From Orbicella franksi (taxonomy: Eukaryota), in NCBI GenBank assembly GCA_964199315.1, contig OZ116703.1, forward strand, positions 18,538,001-18,602,000: a stretch of DNA of 64,000 bases, read 5' to 3'. The position numbers and the translations under genes were made by a program. Below are positions 25,515 through 37,010 of the stretch, one piece after another (position 1 is the stretch's first letter; each line of letters starts with the position of its first letter). Under the pieces are notes generated by a model that saw nothing but the letters and a program-made list of their open reading frames with translations, had not been told where the DNA came from and searched no databases.

Positions 25515-25974
25515 GTTTTTCTGCTTTGGAAACTTTATTTTTTGCGTTTTTAGGAGGGACAAAATGACCTCAGTTTTCAATGTCGCATCGTGTGCACTGC
25601 TCTGGCACACTGTCTCCGCTGCAACACAGAAATGAACCAATATTCGCTTCGTATGCACCAGCTTGCGTGCTGTCCCTGGTGCATGTGCCCTGTACGTACA
25701 CAGGGAGGTGGTTGTCCCCGCAATATATCACCGCAATCCATGTCCCTAAGTGTGCGCCGTCCTTTATGCGCGAGCTTTGATCCATTTCTGACCAGTCCAT
25801 TGACCATCTCACCCCACCCACCCCACCCACAGTGACCAGAGGTTTCAAAGATCGGCTTATTGTTAATCGTCGATGTCGTCATTGCAGGTCGCCAAACGTG
25901 TGTTTTCTGGCAAACCTTCACTGTCAGCCGCAGGCGATGTGTCTACAATGCCGGGTTTGGACGAACTCTTCTAA
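13424..25974 (+). CDS. UQCRC2: Cytochrome b-c1 complex subunit 2, mitochondrial (core protein 2, M16 family), 20 exons, 473 aa
   Basis: Exons: 13424-13489, 13663-13764, 14107-14256, 14529-14593, 14772-14828, 15303-15363, 16188-16251, 16402-16435, 16956-17019, 18091-18148, 19097-19195, 19757-19820, 20280-20319, 21045-21100, 22277-22319, 22513-22593, 23671-23747, 24659-24731, 25158-25238, 25888-25974. All GT-AG and phase-compatible, 1422 nt. Arg/Ser-rich presequence, VTTLENGLKVAS, GISHVLRNAAF (no HxxEH, so core 2 rather than core 1/MPP-beta), SAFNASYSDGGLFG, C-terminal GKPSLSAAGD..LDELF. AATAAA at 26127-26132. Confidence 0.93.
18650..18795. mobile_element. Palindromic MITE in UQCRC2 intron, flanked by (TCTATG)n-like microsatellite
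   Basis: Inverted arms atatatcaaac..gacagtgttt..tatccaaacac / gtgtttggata..aaacacagtc..gtttgatatat. (TCTATG)n tracts at ~18570-18645 and 18940-19000. Confidence 0.55.
21867..22059. mobile_element. MITE in UQCRC2 intron
   Basis: Imperfect ~30-bp TIR TGTGCAGGTCCAGAAAATATCCATACTCCCC / GGGGAGGTATGGATGTTTTCTGGAACTACACA. Confidence 0.65.
23872..24619. mobile_element. GGGGCC-ended MITE (Harbinger-like) split by a nested LINE fragment
   Basis: TIR GGGGCCCGTTTATCGAAGGTCCCGAAA / TTTCCGGGACTTTCGAGAAACAGGCCCC. The interior is interrupted at the duplicated GATTACAG. Confidence 0.65.
23949..24455 (-). mobile_element. 5'-truncated CR1/L2-group (Crack/Daphne-like) LINE 3' end
   Basis: Minus strand encodes KQNHSIRLIFF..LNLRDVLTVNNVYRL..RTNSGKQTIAY..LWDNIPTHLK..FSKHLKLYLL*, typical of a CR1-group ORF2 C-terminus. 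Followed by 3'UTR, AATAAA and a (TTG)n tail. 8-bp TSD GATTACAG at 23941-23948 and 24456-24463. Confidence 0.75.
24810..25108 (-). mobile_element. tRNA-derived SINE (antisense in UQCRC2 intron)
   Basis: Body ggagaaaaccggagaacccggagaaaaaccctcggagcaaggatgagaacc and reverse-complement tRNA-head remnant gagtgctctaaccactgcgcca. Confidence 0.6.
25473..25511. repeat. (CT)n microsatellite
   Basis: About 19 perfect CT units in the last UQCRC2 intron. Confidence 0.95.
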
Positions 25975-28900
25975 CCTTGTTTTCACACCGTTCAGTGATT
26001 GTTCCGCAATGTGCTTGCTGTGTTTATTGATTGATGCTGGGTCATTGGTATAGACAAATATTATTTTTAACGAAGACTGATTGTTCATGGCGCCAGTGGC
26101 TCGTTGTAAAGAAATGAATGTTCGTCAATAAACGCGTCACCTTGCTCTTGGCGCTTTTAAGCTATGATCACGTGACTAATTTGCTCTCGGCTTAAGCTTG
26201 ACGTTCACGAGGCTCTTACGAACAATTGTTGCCACTTAAACAATACACTCAATTTTAATGAATGGCGTCCAAAACCGTTAATACTGTATGAGGCCACCCA
26301 GAATAACTATAGCAGCTCAGTGGCTTAGTTGGAGGGTTCCTGTTCACAGTTGGTGATCGAAGAAAAGGAAATGAACGGGACACACAACTAGCTCACACAG
26401 GGAAACAGACTAATGCTAAGGATTTTTTTATGTGAAACTACCCACACGATGATATCAACGGCAGTGTGCGGCAATTTGTTTATAAAATATTTATCCAATA
26501 ATGTCTTGGAAAGAAGAGGGGAAAAAAATGCAAACCTTGATGTATAACTGTAGCCCGCTTTCTTTGATGTTTTTTTTTTTTTAATGATCTATGCATACAG
26601 CTGTCCCTTTATACCATAAGTTAAGTTTACCATAATTTTCTTAGACACTGTTGTAAGCCACGATATCAACTTGCACTCATCATACTCTGCCTGATCACGC
26701 TATCATCGTACTGGTCTGATGCCTTTAACTATGAGCTTCAACATGACAGATTTTGGTCTCTTCTGCCGGTGAAATCTCGACAACTGTAAAGAACGAGTCA
26801 GAAGTATGGAGGAAGGAGGAATCTTGTGCAAGTACTGTTCATAGACAACTGTTTCCAGTTGTTTCGAGGTCATAGGTGTTTCGTTAACTAAACCTAAACA
26901 ACCGGACATATGTTGTCTACTTAGGAACATAAACGTGTCTTTCCGCTCCCCAGGGCGCGTATCCGCTTTCTGTGGGCTAGCTTATATAAACTAATCTAAG
27001 GAATTATGTGTTGCAACACAATTTCTGGCAGATTCCAAGGGAACCCGAGCTACTGGTCTCCAGATTGTAATGCGTTTCCATGCTGTGTTAATCATCTTCA
27101 TGTTCAAAATGGAATAATGAAATTTGGATTTAGTGTTATAGGTATGTTGTAGCATAGGACCTCTCGAGGAATCTTGCAAAACATCCGTCGCGAAATAGCA
27201 ATTTAAAATATTCCAACAACACCTCAAAGTTTTCAATGTCAAAGATACCGAAGGTCACGAGAAAATATTAATGTGATGAAAACAAGAAACGCGTTTTCAA
27301 AACGGCGTAACAAATTCCTATTCAATCTGTTTTCGATATCAAGAGTTTATTCTTGATAATCCCTTGTCGTTATTTATTGTCTGGCATATTTAGATTTGGA
27401 GCCTCGTGCAAAATGTGGATCAAATTTGATGACCCCAAAGAACCCACCACAAAGTTATCGACTCGGAATTAAAGACTTAGCCAGGATGATTTCCACCGCC
27501 GGGCCGACACAAATCCGTTTGAGTCCTTTGTTCTTTTGTTTAGCTCACTCGTGCCCTTTCAAGCTGTTATCCGATTTCTGGATGGTCCCGTGCACAAATG
27601 AGTAAACCCGTAACATGGTTACGTAATATTCAGCCCTGAAAGTAACAATTAGATTATGAGCTCGAGATTTCTATCACGCAAAGAAATCGAGAGCGAATAA
27701 TCTAATTGTTTTAGTATAAATCCACTAGTCGTTCAAAACTTTATCTAAATCCTCTTCACAGACGCTTCGAAAACGTAAAGAAGCGGCCGTCATTTTGGCT
27801 ATGGTCTTCCCGACCCCTTGGAATTTTCTCATCCAATTATTGCTCAAACGAAACCAGACATGATCTTATTACACATACTAATATTTCATTTACGTTTCTA
27901 GAGTTTGGGAGATTACACGGCAAGTCTAACGAAGCGTGAACTGTAGTGTTTTTCCCGGGAATCTGATGCCGAATTATTACGGTCAAAATTAGGCAATTTA
28001 ATTTAAGCGCGACCGAGTTCTAATCCGTTTACTTTGTAAACTTGTTATTTTATACGGGCTGGGATCGGAAGCACCATGCAGCTAAAAGCTGAGAATTCTT
28101 GAATACGCATTTTGAATTATTTAGAAGGAACATTTCGTAATTGTCTCTGGCACCTCTTCGATTGTTGAAAAATTAGACATGTCCTGGAAAACCTTAAGCT
28201 TTAGTAGTTATGATTACGCCATAGTGTGATGTTTGCCACATTCATCATAATCTTACATAGTGAGTCTGTTATGTAATCTCCTGAAGAGATTGAATTGAGA
28301 TTTACACGTGATGGCTTTTTGAAATCTTTTTGTTTTATGGTTTCATCAGATTAGCTTTTCCCCGTGGCTGACAGTCGCTTTTGCCATTTAACAGGAGTTC
28401 GGTGATGGGTTCTTGATGTATCATCAATGGCATCACGTTTTTGTATGATTACTCGATAATTTCAAAACCAAGAACCTCCAGCAATGGCTTCTGATTTTGG
28501 AAATGAGATGATAAAAGTGGCAGAGACAGAAATGCATTGCTATATGGAAAGGTTTGGCTTGTGATCTCTTCAAGTGATAAATCAATACACTCCCTAATGG
28601 TGGATTTCCACCGTCGCGTTAGTATTTTACGTCCGTCAACGGGCGTGAGTTTTAATGACGTTACCTGCACAAAATAAAATAGAACATTTATTTTACATAG
28701 GAAAGACCTCAAGCCCGCTGACAGACGTAAAATAGCGCGACAGTGGCTAGTGGAAGGGCGTAAAGCCATGTTTATTTTATGAAGAAATTTGAAAACAGTT
28801 TGTCTGTTTATCTTGTCACTAAAACACCCATGACTTCTAAACAACTGCAAACATTGGATAGTGTTTTAGTCAAATTCCCTTTTCTTTCAGATTTCGGACT

Positions 28901-29764
28901 CTAGACTCTGTAGAGAAACGGAAAAAACTTATAACTGGTCTTAAACTGGAATTGGACTTCACAAGATAGTAATGGATAAAAAACTGGAGAAAATACAAAA
29001 CAGATTTATTTGCAAAGCAAAAGAGCACAAGTCTGAATGGCGAAAACTAAACAAAATGGACAACAGATTGCAAAAACGGTTTGCATGAAAACATTGTCTG
29101 TGATGGGTACAGAAGTGATCTTTTTTAAATTTTCTTTACTTGGCATGTAAATATTTTCATTGTGTTCCCGACCTTTTGTTTAAACAGGATTGCCAAGCAT
29201 TACTAAAAATACCTTGACCTCACCCTTTTAATAGGCAGAGTATAATCTCTTTGGGTAAACATTCGGTGTTTCTTTCAAGTTGAAATCTGGGTTCCGGATG
29301 GGTGGTGTAAGGTCATTGACATCGACTTGCTGCAGAGTTGTCTCGAGTGTTTGTAAAAAGACCTAAAAAGGCAAACGTTTGTTTCAACAGCCGGCTTTTG
29401 ACAGTGTAACAGTATGCCGCAGATTTCAAGCTTGCTGCGATTTAGTATGTTAAAAACATGAAGAATCAATCCAAGGTAAACGTCGAGGAACTCGAAGATC
29501 ATCCCAAGTTTGAAAAGCATGCCAAAATAAACTCCCACTGTAGGGTTTTAGCACGAACTGGCGACGTGTTTTCGTGCAGTTGACCAGATCAGCGACTCTG
29601 CATGTCCACGTGGAAGCTTATATTACCAGCGTTACGCGTTGTGTAGGAGGCAGTGTGATTTGAAAATTACCCCCTACTTACCTAAAAGTCGAGGCTTGCA
29701 ATGCAGCCATGTTCTTATATAAAATGTCCTGCAGAAAGCGTAGTTTAAGCCCTCGGAATGGCTC

Positions 29765-29985
29765 AGAGCCGGGTTGTTCAAAGTCCAATTGAGCAAACCC
29801 AGTGATCAACGAGAATTTTGATTTGAGTTTTACAACTTTGCGGTGAGATTTTCTGTTTATATCGTTTGTCCTTCAGATTGAGCTTGATTAATCTTGAAAT
29901 ACTAGCAACATAAGAAGTGAAACCATTTTTATACAGAAAAATGAATACTCCAACTTTTAATCCTGGGTTAGCTTTACCCACAACA
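29765..29985. mobile_element. Degenerate GG(C)CCGGTTGTTCAAA-type MITE (related remnant at ~22620-22770)
   Basis: Left end gccgggttgttcaaag and right-arm remnant taatcctgggttagc. The 22620 copy begins ggccccagttgttcaag. Confidence 0.45.
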
Positions 29986-32017
29986 AGGCAGACGACGAAC
30001 TGACCTCCACGGCAAAAAAAGGAAAAGAAAAAGAAAAAGAAAAAAGAAAGAAAGAGAAACTAAAAGCACAAAGTAACTGTCCCAATTGTAATTTCCACCA
30101 AGAATACGTTTCTATTTTGCATTTTACTCAAAACTTGTCGTTTTGGTCGGACAGCAAATGAGGAAGGCGGAGATTTCACTTTAGTGAGTTAAGACGGAAG
30201 ACTTGCCTGCCTTAACTTTACTCCGAATAACTGGCAACAAATTACGCTGAACCAAATCTTCTACACTCCACGGCATGCAAACATCACGATACGACGTCCT
30301 GTTGAAATTGGCTTATGCCTGAAGACATTTCCAGTTATTTAAAACATTGCGCGAAGAACATTTCCACATACGCTTTTTATTAGCGAGAATATAGTCATCG
30401 ACGAACTTTGCAAAATGTTGGGCTTGCACGTGACTCTAATGCTCCCAACTGATTGGAGGATCAGACTAGGTATGAAGCAGTCGAAGGAATAACTTATACC
30501 TCGTTACGTTCGATGAAGCAATTCCACTCAGCTCTGTGAGTGGTCATCCGGTTGGAAATTTGTTTCTAATGAATCAAAATTGCACGCAGCGTTGACGAAA
30601 TTGACCTTTCAGGATCTTCTGCTTCGAAGCAGTTGTATGCTCACAAAGTTCAATCTTCGGCTACTGTGGTTTGATGGTGTTATCACTGATTCCTGTCTCT
30701 TGTAAAAACAAGGCGTGGGAGTATAGGTGAAATGGGGTAAGGAGAGCATTTAAACTGTCCACCCCTTTGGATCCATTTGGCAGTATTGCTATTTTAAAAA
30801 CGTGCGAGCATGTGAAAGAAAAACCGGATGGTACGCTATATGCTATACTCTTGGAGATTAGCACAGATTTCATCGGAAGTCAACTCGTCATAACAGATGA
30901 TTATTCTATCTACTTGGCTTCTGATTTGACGAGCGTTTTGCAAAACTAATTGCAACATTCTAGAAGTCGGCATCGCAAATAGAATTTCAACTTGAAAACG
31001 CCAGAGGCAAGTGAGAGCAATTCTCTGTTAACTTTTCTGAGTAAAGGTCGCTTGGTGTATTAAGGGGGTTATCTCCCTGCTAATGACAGACTGTTTGGAA
31101 CTTTGCACCATTTACGCCGTTTTCTGTGAGAACCCTTTCACGAGATTACTTTAATATGCTCGCCCGTATCGATGTCGTATGCATTAGAGTAGTCAAAGAA
31201 CAATGGAATCTTCGGGTGTTTAATCTGTTCTTTTGAGTTGCCATTACACAGTGTTGATTGTTGACCTTTGAAAAGGGCTAAATTAATCACTTATTTGTAT
31301 GCCAAACAAAATACTTGCAAGAGCGTGGGAAAAATTGCCGAGTCAAACGACCGTGACGCAGCTGATTCGTCTGTCTTTTATTTACAACTTGTGTCAAGGA
31401 AAATAATACAACACAATGTGTATAAATGTAAGAAAAATAACAGGAAAAGGATGTATAGACATGTGCTTTCCCTTCGCGTAATAACTCTTTCGTACTCTTC
31501 ACAGATTTACGACTAAGTTCTCCTTAGTTTATTGTAATACAATCAAGCAGGCAAACTAGGAGAATGAATTCCCTGATCTGAAAATATAATTGAAGCCGGC
31601 TTAATTATTTTTAGCGGTGCCGGGTAATTGGTACCAGTGCTACCTTAACTATACATTGCCACCTTAACGATGAAAACAGTTATTTACAGGCAAATAGGTC
31701 AGTGACGATGCATTAGAAAATAGTATTCTTTGTAATCCTGCAGTCTTTGATATTGCCTCGAGGACTTAAAGGACCTCCACGTTAATACCGCCCGTTATTA
31801 TTTCAAACTACGTCACAGTACTAACGTAAAGATTGATGTTGTTTCCGTTTTCTGAACATGACGTTTACATATTAGGGCAATATACCGAAGAAAGTAAAAA
31901 GAAAATTATCAGCAGCTTGAGCGCAATTAAAAGGTCAGCTTTTTGATTGCTGTGTCTCTAGTTTTGATAAGAATACCTTTGTATACTATGGACCATGAAC
32001 TAAATTTTGTGTCTCTT

Positions 32018-32628
32018 CTAAGAGATCCCGTGCTCAACCGGAAGGCCTCCCTCGTCGTTAGAACTTCCTTGATCCTCTTCGACTTCGTTCTTCCTGACTT
32101 GCTTCAAGTAATGCTTGATCTTTTTCTTGGCTCTGAGAAGATCGGCTTCGATAAGGTGGTATTCGTAGCGACAGCATTTCTCGTAGAAAACTTTAAAAGG
32201 TTTACACTTTGGAAGCAGACGCTGGTTGATAGGGTGGCTACGACGGGTCCACACTGCTGTTTTCATTTGGTGAAAGTGCTTATCGGGAGAAATATGGTCC
32301 ACATTGGACGTATAATCACACGTTTCTCCTATTTTGGCCACTTCTCGCCCTAGATTGCAGCATTTTTCCCTTCGAGTGAGTTTTACTTTGGGGGGCTTCT
32401 CGCTTTTTGTTTCCGATGTCGAACTCTCAGTGAGGCGAGCTTTCCCGGGCTTCGAAACAAAATCTGAAAACGGTACAAAATGACTTATGTTAAATCGAGA
32501 AAGAAGTAAAGGCGTATTGCGTATAAAAATTACCAACCTTCCTCACTCCTGTTTACGACAACTGCTCCGTTTATCAGAACGTTAAAGACCACCAGAAATA
32601 GAACGCAGTAAACTGAGAATTGCTTCAT
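32018..32628 (-). CDS. Secreted protein with stand-alone anaphylatoxin-like (CC-x12-C...C-x9-CC) domain, gene A; 2 exons, 178 aa
   Basis: Exon 1 32628-32538 encodes signal peptide MKQFSVYCVLFLVVFNVLINGA-VVVNRSEE. 74-nt phase-1 GT-AG intron. Exon 2 32463-32018 encodes D..KLTRREKCCNLGREVAKIGETC..LLPKCKPFKVFYEKCCRY, a basic helix and an acidic tail. Total 537 nt, in frame. Confidence 0.8.
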
Positions 32629-35222
32629 TTTTACGGTAGTATGGTTGGCGTACTATAAACTGCGTGAGTGTCCCGTGGCAAGAGGTTTTGTTTTGAAACT
32701 GCACCCGGTAAAACCAGTTCGATATGTTGACGTTATTGTTATGGTATTAGTCACTGTGCAAAAGCAAACAAAGTGTTAAATGCCATCACTTGTCATTCAC
32801 CAACGAGAGTTAGCGTGATTGACAGCTGTAGACACAAAAGCAAGCGAGGACAATTGAGCGCACAATAGGCTTGTTTTGCTTCTAATTGGGCTATGTCGCC
32901 CCGAGGCGTCAGGGGTCTTTTTGTTTTTGCTTTCGAAAACGAAAGAACAGCTAGAAACCGAAAGCATATCACACCCTGGATTCTAGAAGATGCCAAAATG
33001 GCTCTCTCTCAGATTCAACCCATACAAAGGCTGTTGTGTGGTTGTCTTGTATCTGCTCATTAACACCTTGTTCCAGAAATCCGTGGGAATGTTTACTTTA
33101 TGTGTATGGACTAATTAACGAAAGCTTCCAAAAGAGTGCTCTAGTTTGCCGGTTTACCGGAGAATGGAAATTATACCGTTTAATCCCGGAAAAATCTAAA
33201 AATGTCATTTCTTGTATTTGGCCCGTTTGAGAGGCTAAGCCCACACAAAGCAATTTGCGGGAGGTCACGATTCTGGGGTGTGTTTCATGGCTGAAATCGA
33301 ATGCAATGTCTTAAAATTTGCCAGGCGCCGAAATGTCTACAAAACGTGACATTTATATTGCAGTGTTGGCATAAAGTTTAAAAGGGAACTTGTGTCTTTG
33401 TCGCGTACCGTTGAACACGAAGGCACATGCGCACAAAGCTTTACTGACTTTGATTGTTGGAGATAAAGATCTTGTATTTCCATTGTAGCCTCTTCCATCG
33501 TGTATACTTCATGTATAATCACTATTGTTCGTTTTTTCACAGCTCGAGTACTTGAAAGATTTAGGACTTCCGGAACAGAAGTATTTAAATATTTCAGCTA
33601 AAAGACCCTTTAAAATTCCGTTTTTATTTTGTTTTGTGTAAGCCTCAGCTGAATCCAGTGGTTTGTTGGAATGATCTTGGCAAGTTAAACTGATCAACTT
33701 AGTAAAATTTATCCGCCATCACTCTTGCTTGGAGAGCGAGGTAGGTCAGCTCACTTAACACGACCTACAATGGTTGACAAGTCCGGTGGAAGAGATGTCG
33801 AAAGTACTTGAAACCCTTGGTCTTGGACTGAAGCCATAATTAAGTGGATATGTTAGAGTACATAGTTCAAAATCAATATCTCCACAATCATATGGCATGT
33901 CGCCACCATTGTGCTGTTAATTAAATACCATTGTTATCTTTCTGTTTTCGTTCACGATGAAAGGGAAAAGCGCAGGAACTGTCTTTTAACTTTTGGTCCA
34001 CGTAGTTGTTTTTTTTTACTTTAACAAAAGGTCCAACTCAGGTTCCTGCGTGTGGTGTTCGTCACGTACCCAATTCGTAAGGTAGATTAGCTTTACAGAA
34101 GAAGATAAACAAAATGGAGCAATCACACCTTGTGGAATTTCATCCCTCGAGGTCAAAACTGATTATTACTACCGATACAATTGTTTCCAGACTGTTCTCA
34201 AACAGCTCCACTGCCTGCAGATTTGTTTGCCACCTGCCTTTATACGCAAGTTGGAATCTTCAGCATGATCCCTTCACACACGGCATGATCACATGCCCGT
34301 GCACTGCTGTGCGTGGACCAAATTTGAATCGACTCAATTTTTAATGTATTCTGTGTTTACAAATTGAATGAGATTGTTTACCGTGTTTGCCGTGGCAAAC
34401 AAGCCCCTTGATAGCAGTTATTTAGAAAGAGAAATAAAGCAGGCGGACGAATGTATCACTTACTCATTACGAAAGAATTCGGTCTATTTCGGGATGGCTG
34501 GAATTTGGGGTGCGGCGCTGTGGCTTTCTAGATGACTTTGCCTAAAGAATCCTCTCTAATTATTCAGGCGTTGATTATGAAATAAGTCGCTTGACAGGTC
34601 AAGAGTTTAAGCAACGACGCCTTCCATTGAAATTTTGAAAAATGACATTTTGTAATAAGCATGTTGTTTTGCATGAGTGCGCATGCATGAAAATGTTTTT
34701 AAACCCCAGGAGCCACCCCCTGATCCGCCTACTAGTTCCAGGTGATCATATGACAGGAGACCGGTGACCATATATTTTCCCGCCTTTTTTGACGCTCCGA
34801 CGCTCGGCAACATTTAATTTCCGTCTGCCTGGGTAATCGAAATGAGATTTGTTTCTCTTTATCACTGTTTTGTTTGACCATATCAGACGAAACGCACACC
34901 GACGCAAGGAAAGAAACAACAGGCAAGATGTTTCTCAGAAAGAAACCTTTTTCTGAATTTAAATTTCTCTTTAGTTGGCACAGATTTGATAAGCTTGGTC
35001 AGAAGCGTATCACCTCGACGAGGTGATATGCTTCTGGCTTGGTTGAATGACGAGATAAATGGTAAAGACAGCTCCATGTTGAGGCAATTTCGACGCTGAT
35101 CAAAGGTTTTAGAGAGCTCCCCCAAATAATTTAACAACTCAGGGAAGGCTTTTCTTACGACTTCTCCCGGTGAAACTGCGCCCGTACACTGCGCCATTTT
35201 GAAAGTGAAGGCAACCACAATT

Positions 35223-35278
35223 AAGAAATAGAAAACATGTACCATGTTTCTATCGAGTTATGGAAACACGAGTGGAAG

Positions 35279-35309
<31 letters not shown>

Positions 35310-35356
35310 GAGCCGCAGGCAAGTGTTTCCACAGCTTTTTCGAGTTCTCCCAAACT

Positions 35357-35390
<34 letters not shown>

Positions 35391-35400
35391 GAGAACATGT
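35223..35400. mobile_element. Palindromic MITE
   Basis: Near-perfect hairpin: acatgt..tgtttctatcgagttatggaaacacgagtggaagtttgggagaacgaga / ..ttctcccaaactttcacgagtgtttctataactcgatagaaacacggagaacatgt. Confidence 0.75.
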
Positions 35401-36811
35401 TTACACGTTTACACGTTTACACGGTTTTCTGCAAATGTTGACACGACCCAATATGGGGAAAACTTAAAACGCGGGTGCATATCTCAGGGCGTCTGAATCC
35501 TTCACATTCTGCTCAGTAACACATCTTATCTGATATCTTTATAGTATTGTAGTCAAAATTTCTAATTTAATGCAATTTATGCAAATTGTTTAATATGGAA
35601 TTCGCATTCACTCTGCATTCTCCAGTCTTATAGTTCACCACTAAATTTTCTCCGATTTCTATTGGTTTAAATTGATCGCGTGAGGCGATAATGTTCGTTA
35701 TCAGCTCATAATGCCCCTCCGAGGAAATTACCCGTATGGATAGTACTCGTCCATGAGCATTTTTTTGTAAACAAGCGGGCTTATAAAAAATAGACAACAT
35801 AAGTGGGGTTTTCAAATTTTATACTTGGCTTTAACGGCTTTCATCTAAAAAAAAAGAGTTGAAAATAATTAACCGCGCGGCCATGGGCCGAGCGCGGTTC
35901 ATGTTCTACCCGGGGCTTATTTTTTGTTTTGTTGGTGACCAGACGCAGACCTCCGCCCGCCCAAATCTCGAATAACGCAACTTATGATCTTTGTTCGCCA
36001 AAGCTGTTAAAACATTACTGTACTGCAAATTTTATGAATATTCCACTTTTTATTTAGTAAAGAATATATCGCCTTTTTATGTTATTGACGCGCTTGATTT
36101 GAAGCGAGTATTGAATACATAAAAAAGCAATTGCATCATTCATGGAATGTGTCGACGTTGCAACTTTCTCTTGGGCAGCGTGTTGATTAATATCGTGCTT
36201 GTTTGAAACTTTTATTTCGCCAGGAGCGATAAACATTGATCTAACTGTAATTTTCCGAGTATTTTTCGTATTTTTAGACAAGAGAAGTGAATTGTCGCGC
36301 TGTTTTATTGAAACGAGTTCAGAGATCGCACGGAAAATTAACTATTCGCCAGCCAAGCGAAGAACGTGTCAGAACGTGCAAGGATTACGTCATGGGTAGG
36401 GAAATAACCACCATACTAAAGATAGCCGTGGATAACGTAATTGTTGAATTATTTGACTCGTGCGACTTCTTTGCTAGCCCTTTACTCAAGGAAAAAAGAA
36501 CAACTAAATTTAATCCTGACTTTTAAGACAGAAAGCTGTTGTTAATATTGGTCGTATCCTCATGCCCATACGTATCCTGAAGAAAGTTCCAGATTAAGCT
36601 TACGTCATCGGAGATTTCACAATAGCTACGACTGATGGTGCAATAATACAGTTTGTGTTGATCGAGTGATGTGGTGTCTACAGTAATCAATGAATCATCC
36701 AGGACTGTTTTGGAATGTACACTGCATTGCGACTGTAGTGCTAAGATCTAACAGATCTTCTTGTTCAATATGATTTTTGAAGTGTCGCGCGGAAGAAATT
36801 TAGTGGTGAAC

Positions 36812-37010
36812 AATAAAGACAGTGAAGTGTTGATGTCTCGAAACTATTGGTCTGATAGTTGCCCTTGGAAATTTGATGTTCTTAAAACTAATATTTGCCC
36901 GAGAATTAAGCGAAGCTTCCAGGGCAAATATGCTAGTTTTAAGAACATCAAATTTCCGCGGGGCAACTATCAGCCAATAGTTGCTCGACAGAAACACTCT
37001 ATCGTTTACA
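36812..37010. mobile_element. Palindromic MITE
   Basis: Arms ctattggtctgatagttgcccttggaaatttgatgttcttaaaacta..atttgccc / gggcaaat..tagttttaagaacatcaaatttccgcggggcaactatcagccaatag. Confidence 0.75.

Noticed and set aside
26325-26370. A-box-like TGGCTTAGTTGG suggesting a tRNA
   Set aside because: No B-box or cloverleaf follows.
31943-32353. 136-aa plus-strand ORF
   Set aside because: Antisense shadow of gene A exon 2.
34883-35245. 120-aa ORF with a hydrophobic start (MVHVFYFLIVVAF..)
   Set aside because: The ATG and first codons come from the end of the palindromic MITE at 35223-35400, and the rest has no recognisable motif.
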